DNA of 64,000 nucleotides from an uncultured Bacteroides sp. (GTDB lineage: Bacteria > Bacteroidota > Bacteroidia > Bacteroidales > JACABE01): the NCBI GenBank assembly GCA_964496885.1, contig CAZCBG010000004.1, forward strand, positions 16,455 to 80,454, given 5' to 3'. The translations under genes and the position numbers were made by a program. Position 1 is the stretch's first letter. The number at the start of each line of letters is the position of its first letter. The notes under the pieces were generated by a model. The model ran no database searches, had not been told where the DNA came from, and saw nothing but the letters and a program-made list of their open reading frames with translations. Shown here piece after piece: positions 35,702 to 45,861 of this stretch.

Positions 35702-36427
35702 ATGAAAAAAATAATATTCTTTATATCATTTACCTATATGCTAATGATTTCAGGACAATCTTATTCTCAGCAGTTTAGATTTGGTGTAAAAACAGGACTT
35801 AATATTGCAAATATGAGAGTAAGTGGATTTACAGGTGTAAACGAAAGTTCAAAAATATCTTTTCATGTCGGAGCTATAATTGATTATAGTTTCTCAAAGA
35901 ATTTTAGTCTAGAATCAGGCTTATTATTAAGTTGGAAAGGAGCCAACTTTGACAGAACTGTTTATGATGATAACACCACAAAAGTTACAGAAAGTCAAAA
36001 TTTCGCACCTTTATTTTTAGAATTGCCAATAAATGCAGTGTATAAAGTTGACTTAAAGCCAATAAAATTGCTTATATTTGGAGGGCCTTACTTTGGTTTT
36101 GGAGTTGGGGGAAACAGAGAGATTTCACATGAAGCTACTGGATTACCTGCAGGAACATCACTTGCTGAAGCTGTAGCATATTGTGTTCAACATTCACTAA
36201 CAGAACCTGATGGAACATCAGGATTAAAATATGGATCCAATAGTTCTGATGATTTAAAAGGATTAGATTTTGGTTTAGATTTTGGAGCAGGAATTGAATT
36301 CCATAATTTTCAATTTAGACTCCAATATGGCTTAGGACTGGCCAATTTAAATCCAACAACTGCTAATAACGAAATATTAAAAAACAACGTATTTGCTATT
36401 TCTGTTGGTTATATGTTTGGTAAATAA
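35702..36427 (+). CDS. Outer-membrane beta-barrel protein (porin-family/OMP_b-brl_2-like)
   Basis: 241 aa. Signal peptide (..YSQQ), FGVKTGLNIANM start typical of this family, alternating beta pattern, terminal ..GYMFGK. Strong terminator follows. Confidence 0.75.
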   Translation: MKKIIFFISFTYMLMISGQSYSQQFRFGVKTGLNIANMRVSGFTGVNESSKISFHVGAIIDYSFSKNFSLESGLLLSWKGANFDRTVYDDNTTKVTESQNFAPLFLELPINAVYKVDLKPIKLLIFGGPYFGFGVGGNREISHEATGLPAGTSLAEAVAYCVQHSLTEPDGTSGLKYGSNSSDDLKGLDFGLDFGAGIEFHNFQFRLQYGLGLANLNPTTANNEILKNNVFAISVGYMFGK

Positions 36428-36476
36428 ATAAAAAAAAATTAAGATAGATATTTAAATTATTATACAAGACAAAAAT

Positions 36477-36511
36477 GCGGCAGAAAATTATCATTACTGC
36501 CGCTTTTTTTT
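36477..36511. terminator. Bidirectional terminator (OMP gene / rnz)
   Basis: 7-bp GC-rich stem gcggcag/ctgccgc followed by T8. Confidence 0.75.
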
Positions 36512-36515
36512 AAAA

Positions 36516-37442
36516 TTATAAGTCATAACTTACTTCAATTTTCATACCGTCATCAGCTGCAATCGTATTTTCAAAAAAAGCCTGAGCTTCCAATAACAGG
36601 GGCTGTTCGTTGTCATATCTTGCAGAAAAGTGACTTATTATCAGCTTTTTAGCATTTATTTTTTTTGCAATAAGCGCAGCTTCTTTAGCTGTAGCATGAA
36701 ATTTCTGACGTGCAATAGCTTCTTTATCATGTGTAAAAGTAGCTTCATGATACAAGACCGTAGTATTTTCGATATATGAAATCAGCTGCTCATCGTACAA
36801 AGTATCTGAGCAATAGGCATAGCTGCGCAATGAATCTGATGGTATGGTAATTTCCTGATTTGTAAACATAATACCTTCTGAATTTACGAAATCTCCGCCT
36901 TGTTGAATTTTGCGAATAGCTTCAATACTTGGATTTTGTTGCTGAATAAATTCTTTATTAATTTTATAACCACATTCTTTTTCTTCAATAACAAAACCCC
37001 AGCAAGGCACACTATGTTGTAAAGGAAAAGAAAATACTTTAAAAGTATTTGTTTCCATTAACAATTCTTTTGAAGAAGTAGTAATTGCATGAAAAATCAA
37101 AGGATATAATAATATGGAATTTGATACATTTAACTGCAAATCAATAACAGTTTTCAATTCTTCCGGAGCAAAAACATGCATTGCTTCTGTTCTGCCAAGT
37201 AAATGATAAGTAAACAACAATCCCATTAAACCCAGGTAATGATCGCCATGCAAATGGCTTATAAAAATATGTTGAATCCTACTTTTCTTAATATGAAACC
37301 TTCGCATTTGCATCTGAGTACCTTCACCACAGTCGATGAGTATCAGTTTGTCATGTATATTAACTACCTGCGCACTTGGATACCTTGTTTTTGTTGGAGT
37401 TGCAGAACCACTTCCAAGAATCGTTACAGTAAAAGCTTTCAT
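36516..37442 (-). CDS. rnz: Ribonuclease Z
   Basis: 308 aa. Metallo-beta-lactamase HLHGDH motif. ILGSGSATPT and ..LISHFSARY typical of RNase Z. Confidence 0.85.
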   Translation of the reverse strand: MKAFTVTILGSGSATPTKTRYPSAQVVNIHDKLILIDCGEGTQMQMRRFHIKKSRIQHIFISHLHGDHYLGLMGLLFTYHLLGRTEAMHVFAPEELKTVIDLQLNVSNSILLYPLIFHAITTSSKELLMETNTFKVFSFPLQHSVPCWGFVIEEKECGYKINKEFIQQQNPSIEAIRKIQQGGDFVNSEGIMFTNQEITIPSDSLRSYAYCSDTLYDEQLISYIENTTVLYHEATFTHDKEAIARQKFHATAKEAALIAKKINAKKLIISHFSARYDNEQPLLLEAQAFFENTIAADDGMKIEVSYDL

Positions 37443-37460
37443 GTGCTTGAATTTAATTTA

Positions 37461-37468
37461 CAAACCTA
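37461..37468 (-). promoter_or_regulatory. -7 box for rnz
   Basis: caaaccta, which is taggtttg on the minus strand. 19 nt upstream of ATG 37442. Confidence 0.45.
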
Positions 37469-37481
37469 CGGTTTTTTAAAG

Positions 37482-37518
37482 AAAAAAATAAAAAAAAAAT
37501 CCCGGAAAACCGGGATTT
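37482..37518 (-). terminator. Rho-independent terminator after rpsA
   Basis: 9-bp stem aaatcccgg/ccgggattt with loop aaaa. Long T-run on the minus strand. Confidence 0.85.
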
Positions 37519-37542
37519 TAATACAATTAAGCATTAAAAGAA

Positions 37543-39744
37543 TTAGATCGTTGTTTCTGTTTCAGGAGCTGCATCTTGTTCAGGAGCAATTTCTTCCTGA
37601 ATTGAGGCTGCTGTTTCAGATTTAACTTCTACTTCAGGAGTTACTTCTTTAGGCTTTTTAACCTTTTTGTCCTGCTCTCTTTTAGTCATGGCATCTAATT
37701 TCTCCATTTCTGATTTTTGCATTTCAGATTTCAGGTTTGATAAAGCTTCGATATCACCCAAGGTAGATCTTTCTATATTGTCGTTATTTTGTTTAACGCT
37801 TTTTTTCTGATCTCTTTCTTTACGTTTATTTTCAGAATCTGCTTTTGATTTTTCATCATTAGATGCATCCTGATTAATTTTAGAGTGAGAAACGATAATT
37901 TTCTTGCTGTCTTTTGAAAATTCAAGAACCTTAAAGTCTATAGTTTCATCAGTTTTTGCATTACTTCCGTCTTCTTTTACAAGATGACGTAAAGGAGCAA
38001 AACCTTCAACTCCATATGGTAAAGCAATGATTGCACCTTTATCAGAAGAACTAACAATGGTACCTTTGTGGATTGAATCAACAGTAAATACGGTTTCGAA
38101 AATTTCCCAAGGATTTTCTTCCAATTGTTTGTGTCCTAAGCTTAAACGTCTGTTTTCGCTATCCACTTCTAATACAATTACTTCAATTGAATCACCAATT
38201 TTGGTAAATTCTGCTGGATGTTTGATTTTTTTAGACCATGAAAGATCAGAAATGTGAATTAAACCATCAACACCTTCTTCCAATTCTACAAAAATACCAA
38301 AATTGGTAAAATTGCGTACGATAGCAGTATGTTTAGATTTCAAAGGATATTTATCTGCAATATTGGTCCAAGGATCTGGAATCAATTGTTTGATACCCAA
38401 AGACATTTTTCTTTCTTCGCGATCCAACGTTAAAATAACAGCTTCTACTTCATTTCCAATTTTCAGGAAATCATGAGCGGTTCTTAAATGTTGTGACCAA
38501 GACATTTCAGAAACATGTATTAAACCTTCAACACCAGGAACGATTTCCATGAATGCACCGTAATCGGCAATCACAACAACTTTTCCTTTAATTTTATCAC
38601 CAACTGCAAGATTTGCATCCAATGCATCCCATGGATGAGGAGTTAATTGTTTTAAACCTAAAGCAATACGTTTTTTGTTTTCGTCAAAATCAAGAATAAC
38701 AACATTGATTTTTTCGTCTAATGTAACAATTTCTTCTGGATGATTAATTCTACCCCATGATAAATCGGTAATATGAACCAAACCATCAACACCGCCTAAA
38801 TCGATAAATACACCATAAGAAGTGATATTTTTAACAGTACCTTCTAATACTTGTCCTTTTTCGAGTTTAGCAATAATTTCAGCTTTCTGTTGTTCAATTT
38901 CGTCTTCAATCAAGGCTTTGTGAGAAACAACTACGTTTTTATATTCATGGTTTATTTTCACAACCTTGAACTCCATATTTTTTTCTACGAAAACATCATA
39001 ATCTCTGATTGGTTTCACATCTATTTGAGAACCTGGCAAGAAAGCTTCGATTCCGAATACATCAACAATTAAACCACCTTTGGTTCTGCATTTAACATAA
39101 CCAGTAATGATTTCCTGTGTTTCAAATGCTTTATTGACTCTATCCCATGATTTAAGTAATCTTGCTTTTTTATGTGAAAGAATTAACTGACCATTAGCAT
39201 CTTCCTGACTTTCAACATACACTTCTATTGTATCGCCTATTTTCAAATTAGCATTGTATCTAACTTCAGAAACAGGGATAACACCATCAGATTTAAATCC
39301 GATATTTACAACAACTTCACGATTGTTTTTTGCAACAACAATACCTTCAACCACTTCTTGTTCAACTATCTGGCTAAATGTTTTATCATAAACTTCTTCT
39401 AATTTTTTTCTTTCGTCAGAAGTATAGTTCAACGTTTTTTTCCCAATTGCATCCCAGTCAAAATCTTCAAGAGAAATTACTTCTTTAACATAGCGGGGTT
39501 TTGTTGGAAGCTGAGAAATTGGCTCTTCAGTAATTTCAGCGACTACAGCAGTTTTTTCTTCTTCAGCTGCTTCTAATTCTGCTTCTGCTACAGCAATATT
39601 TTCGGCAGTTTCGATTGCTTCTTCTTTTACTTCAGATGCAAGTTCTTCACTTACTTCAGCTTGTGCTTCAATTTGTTCTTCAACTTGATTGGTGGCTTCT
39701 TCGTTGTTTTCAACGTCAGGGTTGACATTTAATTCGTCTGTCAT
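37543..39744 (-). CDS. rpsA: 30S ribosomal protein S1 with acidic N-terminal and Lys/Glu-rich C-terminal extensions
   Basis: 733 aa. Six S1-type OB repeats (e.g. GxVxxIxxxGxFVDLGG.EGLxHxSE). Roughly 85-aa E/A-rich leader and roughly 130-aa charged tail. Strong terminator at 37482..37518. Confidence 0.9.
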   Translation of the reverse strand: MTDELNVNPDVENNEEATNQVEEQIEAQAEVSEELASEVKEEAIETAENIAVAEAELEAAEEEKTAVVAEITEEPISQLPTKPRYVKEVISLEDFDWDAIGKKTLNYTSDERKKLEEVYDKTFSQIVEQEVVEGIVVAKNNREVVVNIGFKSDGVIPVSEVRYNANLKIGDTIEVYVESQEDANGQLILSHKKARLLKSWDRVNKAFETQEIITGYVKCRTKGGLIVDVFGIEAFLPGSQIDVKPIRDYDVFVEKNMEFKVVKINHEYKNVVVSHKALIEDEIEQQKAEIIAKLEKGQVLEGTVKNITSYGVFIDLGGVDGLVHITDLSWGRINHPEEIVTLDEKINVVILDFDENKKRIALGLKQLTPHPWDALDANLAVGDKIKGKVVVIADYGAFMEIVPGVEGLIHVSEMSWSQHLRTAHDFLKIGNEVEAVILTLDREERKMSLGIKQLIPDPWTNIADKYPLKSKHTAIVRNFTNFGIFVELEEGVDGLIHISDLSWSKKIKHPAEFTKIGDSIEVIVLEVDSENRRLSLGHKQLEENPWEIFETVFTVDSIHKGTIVSSSDKGAIIALPYGVEGFAPLRHLVKEDGSNAKTDETIDFKVLEFSKDSKKIIVSHSKINQDASNDEKSKADSENKRKERDQKKSVKQNNDNIERSTLGDIEALSNLKSEMQKSEMEKLDAMTKREQDKKVKKPKEVTPEVEVKSETAASIQEEIAPEQDAAPETETTI

Positions 39745-39858
39745 CTCATTTTTTTTATGGTAGTAAAAACTACCTGGTTAATAAATAAATTAATTGTGCT
39801 CAATTTATAGAATATGAATACTTTAATACTATGTAAACGAAATTCAAAAATTGGAGTG

Positions 39859-39866
39859 CAAAATTA
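39859..39866 (-). promoter_or_regulatory. -7 box for rpsA (leader of about 110 nt)
   Basis: caaaatta, which is taattttg on the minus strand. 115 nt upstream of ATG 39744. Confidence 0.4.
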
Positions 39867-40003
39867 AGAAAAGTATTTTAAATAAAAAACTGATTTCAAA
39901 AAGATTATTCGTTTTTTTACTTAATTTCAGACTTTTTATTTAATTATTTTAAGCTTAAAAATGTATTAAATAAAAATATTGTTAGGTATTCTATTTTTTT
40001 TTA

Positions 40004-40011
40004 TAATTTTG
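40004..40011 (+). promoter_or_regulatory. -7 box for the TPR gene
   Basis: taattttg, 21 nt upstream of ATG 40032. Confidence 0.5.
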
Positions 40012-40031
40012 CACCCTAAATTTAAAATAAT

Positions 40032-40721
40032 ATGGCAAAAAAACAAGACAGAACTGAAGGAAAAATCATAGCAGTAGAAGAGGCTTTAGGCAGAACTGAA
40101 CAATTTATTGAGAAAAATCAAAAAATTATCATTATTGTTTTAGCAACTATAATGGCATTGGTATTAGGATATTTTGGTGTAAAACAATTTTATATTAAAC
40201 CTCAAGAAACCAAAGCACATGCTGAAATGTTTTATGCTGAAAAATATTTTGAACTCGATTCTCTCGATTTAGCATTAAACGGTGATGGAGAACATATTGG
40301 CTTTCTTGATGTGATTGATAATTATAGCATTACGAAAGCATCTAAGCTGGCAAAATACTATGCAGGTATCATTTATCTTAAAAAAGGAAAATATGAAGAA
40401 GCCATTACTTATTTAAAAGGGTTTAATGGTGACGATCAATTAATTGGAGCAATTGCAACTTCATCAATTGGAGATGCCTATATGGAAATGAACAATTTAG
40501 ATAAAGCGCTTGAATATTATTTAAAAGCTGCTGATAAAAATCCAAATAATTTCACTTCTCCTCAAAATCTGATGAAAGCTGGTTTTGTGTATGAAGAAAA
40601 AAATGATTGGACCAATGCTTTAAAAATGTACGAAAAAATTAAAAAAGATTACTTCAAATCTCAGGAAAGTAGAGAAATAGACAAATACATTGCAAAAGCA
40701 AAAGGAATGTTGAATCAATAA
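40032..40721 (+). CDS. Membrane-anchored tetratricopeptide-repeat protein
   Basis: 229 aa. One TM after a charged N-terminus, then TPR-like helices (..YYAGIIYLKKGKYEEAI.., ..GDAYMEMNNLDKALEYY..). TAatTTTG box 21 nt upstream. Confidence 0.7.
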   Translation: MAKKQDRTEGKIIAVEEALGRTEQFIEKNQKIIIIVLATIMALVLGYFGVKQFYIKPQETKAHAEMFYAEKYFELDSLDLALNGDGEHIGFLDVIDNYSITKASKLAKYYAGIIYLKKGKYEEAITYLKGFNGDDQLIGAIATSSIGDAYMEMNNLDKALEYYLKAADKNPNNFTSPQNLMKAGFVYEEKNDWTNALKMYEKIKKDYFKSQESREIDKYIAKAKGMLNQ

Positions 40722-40742
40722 TATACAATATTAATCAATAAA

Positions 40743-40786
40743 CAATGGGCAATTTGCATACAATAAGCAGGTTGCCCATTGTTTTT
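40743..40786 (+). terminator. Terminator after the TPR gene
   Basis: 10-bp stem caatgggcaa/ttgcccattg followed by ttttt. Lies inside the ORF-track N-terminal extension of ribH. Confidence 0.7.
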
Positions 40787-40798
40787 AACATTAAAAAT

Positions 40799-41299
40799 AT
40801 GGCTACAAATCTAAAAAAAATATCAAGTACTGAAGTTCAAAATATTCCAAATGCTAAAGACATGCTTTTTGGTATTGTTGTTTCGGAATGGAACGATCAA
40901 ATTACAGAATCTCTTTGTAAAGGAGCAATCGATTGTTTAATCGAAAATGGAGCAAAAATGAAAAATATAATCGTAAAACATGTTCCTGGGAGTTTTGAAC
41001 TAAATTTTGGCGCTCAATTATTATTGGAAAATACTGACGTTGATGCAGTATTATGTTTAGGCTGTGTTATTCAAGGAGAAACCCGTCATTTTGAGTTTAT
41101 TTGCAATGCTGTTGCCGAAGGTATTATGAAATTAAATACAGATTATAATACCCCCGTAATATTTGGCGTTTTAACGACAAATACTGCAGAACAGGCCCAA
41201 GAACGTTCTGGTGGCAAACATGGCAACAAAGGCACAGAAGCAGCCATTACAGCTATTAAAATGGTAGCTTTACAACAAGATATGGAAACAAACTATTAA
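40799..41299 (+). CDS. ribH: 6,7-dimethyl-8-ribityllumazine synthase
   Basis: Start moved to ATG 40799 because a terminator hairpin at 40743..40786 lies inside the track ORF extension. Motifs ..VVSEWN.., VPGSFEL, ..GCVIQGETRHFEF... Confidence 0.9.
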   Translation: MATNLKKISSTEVQNIPNAKDMLFGIVVSEWNDQITESLCKGAIDCLIENGAKMKNIIVKHVPGSFELNFGAQLLLENTDVDAVLCLGCVIQGETRHFEFICNAVAEGIMKLNTDYNTPVIFGVLTTNTAEQAQERSGGKHGNKGTEAAITAIKMVALQQDMETNY

Positions 41300-41314
41300 A
41301 TGCTATAGCTAATT

Positions 41315-42283
41315 ATGAATTTCCAGCAATCTATTATTTTTTTCGGTACGCCTGAATTTGCAGTAGCTTCATTAGATGCGCTCCTTAATGCTAATTTTAA
41401 GATTAAAGCCATCGTCACAACACCTGACAAACCTTCAGGCAGAGGAAAAAAAATTACAGCTTCTCCTATCAAAAACTATGCTTTAGATCATCAATTAACG
41501 ATACTACAACCCGAAAATCTTTCGGATGAAGAATTTCTTCATAGTTTACATACACTGAATGCAGATTTGTTTATTGTTGTTGCATTCAGAAAACTTCCAC
41601 AAAGTGTATGGGGAATGCCACGTTTAGGAACATTTAACCTGCACGCTTCTCTCCTACCCGATTATCGTGGTGCTGCACCAATCAACTGGGCCATTATTAA
41701 TGGAGAGAAAGAAACCGGTCTTACTACTTTCTTTTTAAATGAAAAAATTGATGAAGGAAAAATCATCTTTTCAGAAAAAACAAGTATTGGTGAAGAGGAA
41801 TCTTTTGGAGAATTATATGATAGATTGAAAATAGTAGGTTCACAATTAGTACTTAGAACAGTAGAAACAATATTTCTGAATAAAGTTCAACCTATTGATC
41901 AAAAAAACTTATTGAAACAACTTATTCCACTTAATAATGCGCCTAAAATATTAAAACCCGATTGCAAAATTAACTGGGAAAGCAAAAGCAAAGATATATA
42001 CAATAAAATCAGAGGATTAAGTCCTCAACCTGCAGCAAATACAATATTAATTTCAGATAAAGCTGTTGAGTTTTATGTGAAGATATTTAAGGCAAAAGCA
42101 GAACTCTATCAACATCAAGCCATTGCAGGTCAAATTACAACTGATCACAAAAGTTTTCTTAAAATAGCTACAACTGATGGCTATGTTTATTTAACAGAAA
42201 TTCAGGTTTCAGGGAAAACCAAAATGTCAATTCTGGAGTTTTTAAGAGGATATCCTGTTAATAGTAACTGGAAAGCCTTTTAA
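41315..42283 (+). CDS. fmt: Methionyl-tRNA formyltransferase
   Basis: 322 aa. FFGTPEFAV, ..NLHASLLPDYRGAAPINWAIING... Confidence 0.9.
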   Translation: MNFQQSIIFFGTPEFAVASLDALLNANFKIKAIVTTPDKPSGRGKKITASPIKNYALDHQLTILQPENLSDEEFLHSLHTLNADLFIVVAFRKLPQSVWGMPRLGTFNLHASLLPDYRGAAPINWAIINGEKETGLTTFFLNEKIDEGKIIFSEKTSIGEEESFGELYDRLKIVGSQLVLRTVETIFLNKVQPIDQKNLLKQLIPLNNAPKILKPDCKINWESKSKDIYNKIRGLSPQPAANTILISDKAVEFYVKIFKAKAELYQHQAIAGQITTDHKSFLKIATTDGYVYLTEIQVSGKTKMSILEFLRGYPVNSNWKAF

Positions 42284-42399
42284 TTGGGTGTTCGCAAAAA
42301 AATAAACCCTATAATGCTTGATTTTGGGGTATAATTCAGGAAAGTTATTAACAAAACACCTATTTTATTAACATTTTATTGTTTTTTTTTACAAAACAC

Positions 42400-42429
42400 T
42401 TGACTTTCGCAATTTTATGCTTATATTTG
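42400..42429 (+). promoter_or_regulatory. hup promoter (-33 TTG plus -7 TAtaTTTG)
   Basis: ttg at 42400..42402 and tatatttg at 42422..42429 (19-nt spacer). 42 nt upstream of ATG 42471. Confidence 0.55.
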
Positions 42430-42470
42430 TAGTGTTAATATAATTATAAATCATTAAATCATTAACAGAA

Positions 42471-42743
42471 ATGAACAAAGCAGAATTAATTGACGCAATG
42501 GCAGCTGAGGCAAAATTGACCAAAGTTGACATAAAAAAAGCATTAGACGCTTTCATTAGTGCAACAACTAAATCATTGAAAAAAGGTGATAGAGTAGCAT
42601 TAGTAGGTTTTGGATCTTTTTCAATAGCTAAAAGAGCTGCAAGAAAAGGTCGTAATCCACAAACTGGTAAAGAAATTAAAATTGCTGCTAAAAAAGTAGT
42701 GAAATTCAAAGCTGGAAATGACTTAGCTGGAAAAGTAAAATAA
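42471..42743 (+). CDS. hup: HU family DNA-binding protein
   Basis: 90 aa. MNKAELI..., ..GFGSF....R.AR.GRNP.TG... Promoter (-33 TTG and TAtaTTTG) upstream and a strong terminator downstream. Confidence 0.95.
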   Translation: MNKAELIDAMAAEAKLTKVDIKKALDAFISATTKSLKKGDRVALVGFGSFSIAKRAARKGRNPQTGKEIKIAAKKVVKFKAGNDLAGKVK

Positions 42744-42761
42744 ATTTTTCTTTATCTAAAA

Positions 42762-42793
42762 AAAAGTCCCGAAATCAACGGGACTTTTTTTTT
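42762..42793 (+). terminator. Rho-independent terminator after hup
   Basis: 10-bp stem aaaagtcccg/cgggactttt. The T-run extends to 42793. Confidence 0.85.
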
Positions 42794-42840
42794 GTAGTAA
42801 CACAAAACTTATACGGTTTGCAAATTAAAAAGAGATAACT

Positions 42841-42848
42841 TACCTTTG
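42841..42848 (+). promoter_or_regulatory. -7 box for the GH3/beta-lactamase fusion gene
   Basis: tacctttg, 41 nt upstream of ATG 42889. Confidence 0.45.
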
Positions 42849-42888
42849 TCGCTATAAACTTATCTTCTTGCTACCTATATTTATTTTA

Positions 42889-45837
42889 ATGAAGAACATA
42901 AAAAACAGCCTTTTAATACTTATCATTTTTACATCCTATTTTAGTTTTTCTCAAAAAATCTGCTTGCCATTAAAAAATGATATGGCAAGAACAAAATGGG
43001 TTGATTCTGTATTTAACACACTTACTCCCACAGAACGAATTGCACAACTAATCATCATTCGATCTAATTCTGATCAGAATCAGTCTTATTATGATAGTAT
43101 TGCAAAAACTATTGCCAGATATAATATTGGTGGTGTTTGTTTCTTCAAAGGAGGCCCTGTAGCCCAGGCTAATGTTACCAACTATTATCAAAAATCGGCA
43201 AAAACACCACTTTTCATATCTATCGATGGAGAATGGGGCTTAAATATGCGTTTAGACAGCATGCCTTCCTTCCCACGGCAAATGACCCTGGGAGCCATTG
43301 AGAATGACAGCTTAATCTACATAATGGGGCAAGAAGTTGCAAATCAATGCAAAACAATGGGAGTCCATATTAATTTCGCACCCGTTGTAGATATCAATTC
43401 TAATCCTAAAAATCCTGTTATCAATAGCCGTTCTTTTGGCGAAAATAAGTGGAAAGTTGCCAGCAAAGGAATAATGTATATGAAAGGGATGCAGGATAAT
43501 GGAATCATTACCACTGCAAAACATTTCCCTGGTCATGGCGATACTGATGCAGACTCTCATATTACATTACCTGTCATTAGGCATTCCAAAGAAACCATCG
43601 ACACCCTGGATCTCTATCCATTTAAAGAATTAATTAACAATGGCGTTACCGGTATAATGGCAGCACATCTATTTATTCCTTCTTATGATACATTGATAAA
43701 TAAAGCCTCTTCCCTTTCAAAAAATATAGTGACAGATTTATTAAAGACCAAATTAGGATTTAAAGGATTGGTTTTTACTGATGGCTTGGAAATGAAAGGT
43801 GTGACCAATTATTTCAAACCCGGTGTAATTGAGGTAAAAGCTTTACAGGCAGGAAACGACATACTGCTTTTGCCCGAAAATCTTACGCTCGCCATAAGCA
43901 GTATAAAAACAGCTATTGACAGCAATTGGTTAAGCCAATCAGAAATCAATGAAAAATGCAAAAAAGTATTGGAATACAAATATTTAGCTGGATTAAATAA
44001 TTACAAACCTATTATTCTAGAGAACTTATTTCAAAACCTAAATACTAAAAACAATGCAATCGTTAATTTTGAACTTTATCGAAAGGCTGTTTGCATTATT
44101 CAGAATGAAGACCATATTCTTCCATTGAAAGACTTAAAAAACTATAATATTGGTGTACTTTCTATTGGAGATACCCTGAAAACAGATTTCCAAAAATCCA
44201 TTGAAAATTACACCAATACTTCTAATTATAACCTATCCAAAGATTTTAGTGAAACAGAAAAAGACAGTCTTTTAAATTTATTTTCCAAAAACAACTTAAT
44301 GATAGTTAGTATTCACAATACCAGTAGTTTGGCTTCAAAAAACTTTGGATTTTCAAAACAAACCATTAAATTAATTGATACGCTTTCAAAAACAACTAAT
44401 CTAATTCTTGATTTCTTTGCTTATCCTTATGCCTTAAGTATTTTTAACGGAAATCTGAATGCCATGGCTATCCTTGTTTCTAATCAGGACAAACCAGAAG
44501 CTCAACAATTATCTGCTGAATTAATTTTTGGAGGATATCAGTCATCTGGAATGCTTCCAGTTACTATTTCAGAAAAGTTCTTATTGAATACTCAGATTAT
44601 TACACCCAAAATCAGATTGGGTAATTGTTTGCCCGAAGAGCTAAAAATTAATTCAACTGAATTAAATGGTATCGATTCTATTGCATTGAACGGAATCAGG
44701 GATAAAGCATATCCAGGTTGTCAGATATTAATAGCTAAAGATGGAATGATTTTTTACCAAAAATCTTTCGGTACTACTACCTATGAAAGTACTACTCCCG
44801 TTAAAAATACAGATTTATACGACCTTGCATCTGTTACTAAAGTTGCCGCCACAACCCTGGCAATGATGAAGTTGTATGAAGATGGGAAAATAAATTTAGA
44901 TAAAAAATTAGCTTACTATTTAAAGTATTTAAAGAATTCCAACAAAAAAAACATTACCATTCGTCAGATAATGACTCATCAGGCAAGACTAAAACCATGG
45001 ATTCCGTTTTATAAAGAAACATTGATGAACGGAATTCCTGACAGTACTATTTATTGCAAATCACCAGATCGTAGACATCATTTGAAAGTTGCTGATAGTT
45101 TATTTATTCTTGACAGCTATAAGGAAAAAATTTTGAGCGCCATCATTGAATCTGATTTAAATGAAAAAGAAGAATATGAATACAGCGATTTAGGATTTAT
45201 CCTGCTCAAAGAATTAATTGAAAAAATTACAAAAAAAACATTTGAGCAATTTTTGGATGATGAATTTTATGTGCCACTTGGTTTAAGATATACTTGTTTT
45301 AATCCTTTAAAAAACAACAAATTGGAAAATATTATTCCAACTGAAAACGATACAATTTTTCGTAAGCAATTGTTACAAGCATATGTGCATGACCCTGCTG
45401 CTGCCATGCTGGGAGGTGTTTCGGGTCATGCAGGATTATTTTCAAATGCAGGTGATTTGGCTATAATTTTTCAATTATTATTACAACATGGTGAATATGG
45501 TGGAAAAAAATTATTGAACGATACCACAATAGCAGCATTTACACATCAACAATATCCCGAAAAAGGAAATCGAAGGGCATTGGGCTTTGACCGTCAACTA
45601 TTGCTTCCCACTGAGAATGGCCCTGTTTGCAAAAGTGCTTCTCAGCTTAGTTATGGTCATTCCGGTTTTACAGGTACTTACGTTTGGGCTGACCCCGTAG
45701 AAAACTTAGTCTATATTTTTCTTTCCAACAGAGTTAATCCAGATGCAAACAACGGAAAATTAAGTAAAATGAATATTCGGACTGATATACATCAGGAAAT
45801 CTATAATATTATAAACAACATCACAACTAAATATTAA
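42889..45837 (+). CDS. Fusion protein: GH3 beta-N-acetylhexosaminidase-like domain plus serine beta-lactamase/PBP-like hydrolase domain
   Basis: Start moved to ATG 42889 (TAccTTTG at 42841..42848). GH3 motifs (KHFPGHGDT, FTDGLEM). C-terminal class-C-like motifs SVTK (SxxK), YSD, HSGFTG. Confidence 0.85.
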   Translation: MKNIKNSLLILIIFTSYFSFSQKICLPLKNDMARTKWVDSVFNTLTPTERIAQLIIIRSNSDQNQSYYDSIAKTIARYNIGGVCFFKGGPVAQANVTNYYQKSAKTPLFISIDGEWGLNMRLDSMPSFPRQMTLGAIENDSLIYIMGQEVANQCKTMGVHINFAPVVDINSNPKNPVINSRSFGENKWKVASKGIMYMKGMQDNGIITTAKHFPGHGDTDADSHITLPVIRHSKETIDTLDLYPFKELINNGVTGIMAAHLFIPSYDTLINKASSLSKNIVTDLLKTKLGFKGLVFTDGLEMKGVTNYFKPGVIEVKALQAGNDILLLPENLTLAISSIKTAIDSNWLSQSEINEKCKKVLEYKYLAGLNNYKPIILENLFQNLNTKNNAIVNFELYRKAVCIIQNEDHILPLKDLKNYNIGVLSIGDTLKTDFQKSIENYTNTSNYNLSKDFSETEKDSLLNLFSKNNLMIVSIHNTSSLASKNFGFSKQTIKLIDTLSKTTNLILDFFAYPYALSIFNGNLNAMAILVSNQDKPEAQQLSAELIFGGYQSSGMLPVTISEKFLLNTQIITPKIRLGNCLPEELKINSTELNGIDSIALNGIRDKAYPGCQILIAKDGMIFYQKSFGTTTYESTTPVKNTDLYDLASVTKVAATTLAMMKLYEDGKINLDKKLAYYLKYLKNSNKKNITIRQIMTHQARLKPWIPFYKETLMNGIPDSTIYCKSPDRRHHLKVADSLFILDSYKEKILSAIIESDLNEKEEYEYSDLGFILLKELIEKITKKTFEQFLDDEFYVPLGLRYTCFNPLKNNKLENIIPTENDTIFRKQLLQAYVHDPAAAMLGGVSGHAGLFSNAGDLAIIFQLLLQHGEYGGKKLLNDTTIAAFTHQQYPEKGNRRALGFDRQLLLPTENGPVCKSASQLSYGHSGFTGTYVWADPVENLVYIFLSNRVNPDANNGKLSKMNIRTDIHQEIYNIINNITTKY

Positions 45838-45861
45838 TATTAACCTTAAAAACCAGAAATT

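Noticed and set aside
42389-42709. 106-aa ORF antisense to hup.
   Set aside because: The plus-strand HU reading frame is unmistakable and is bracketed by a promoter and a terminator. The antisense ORF is a shadow.
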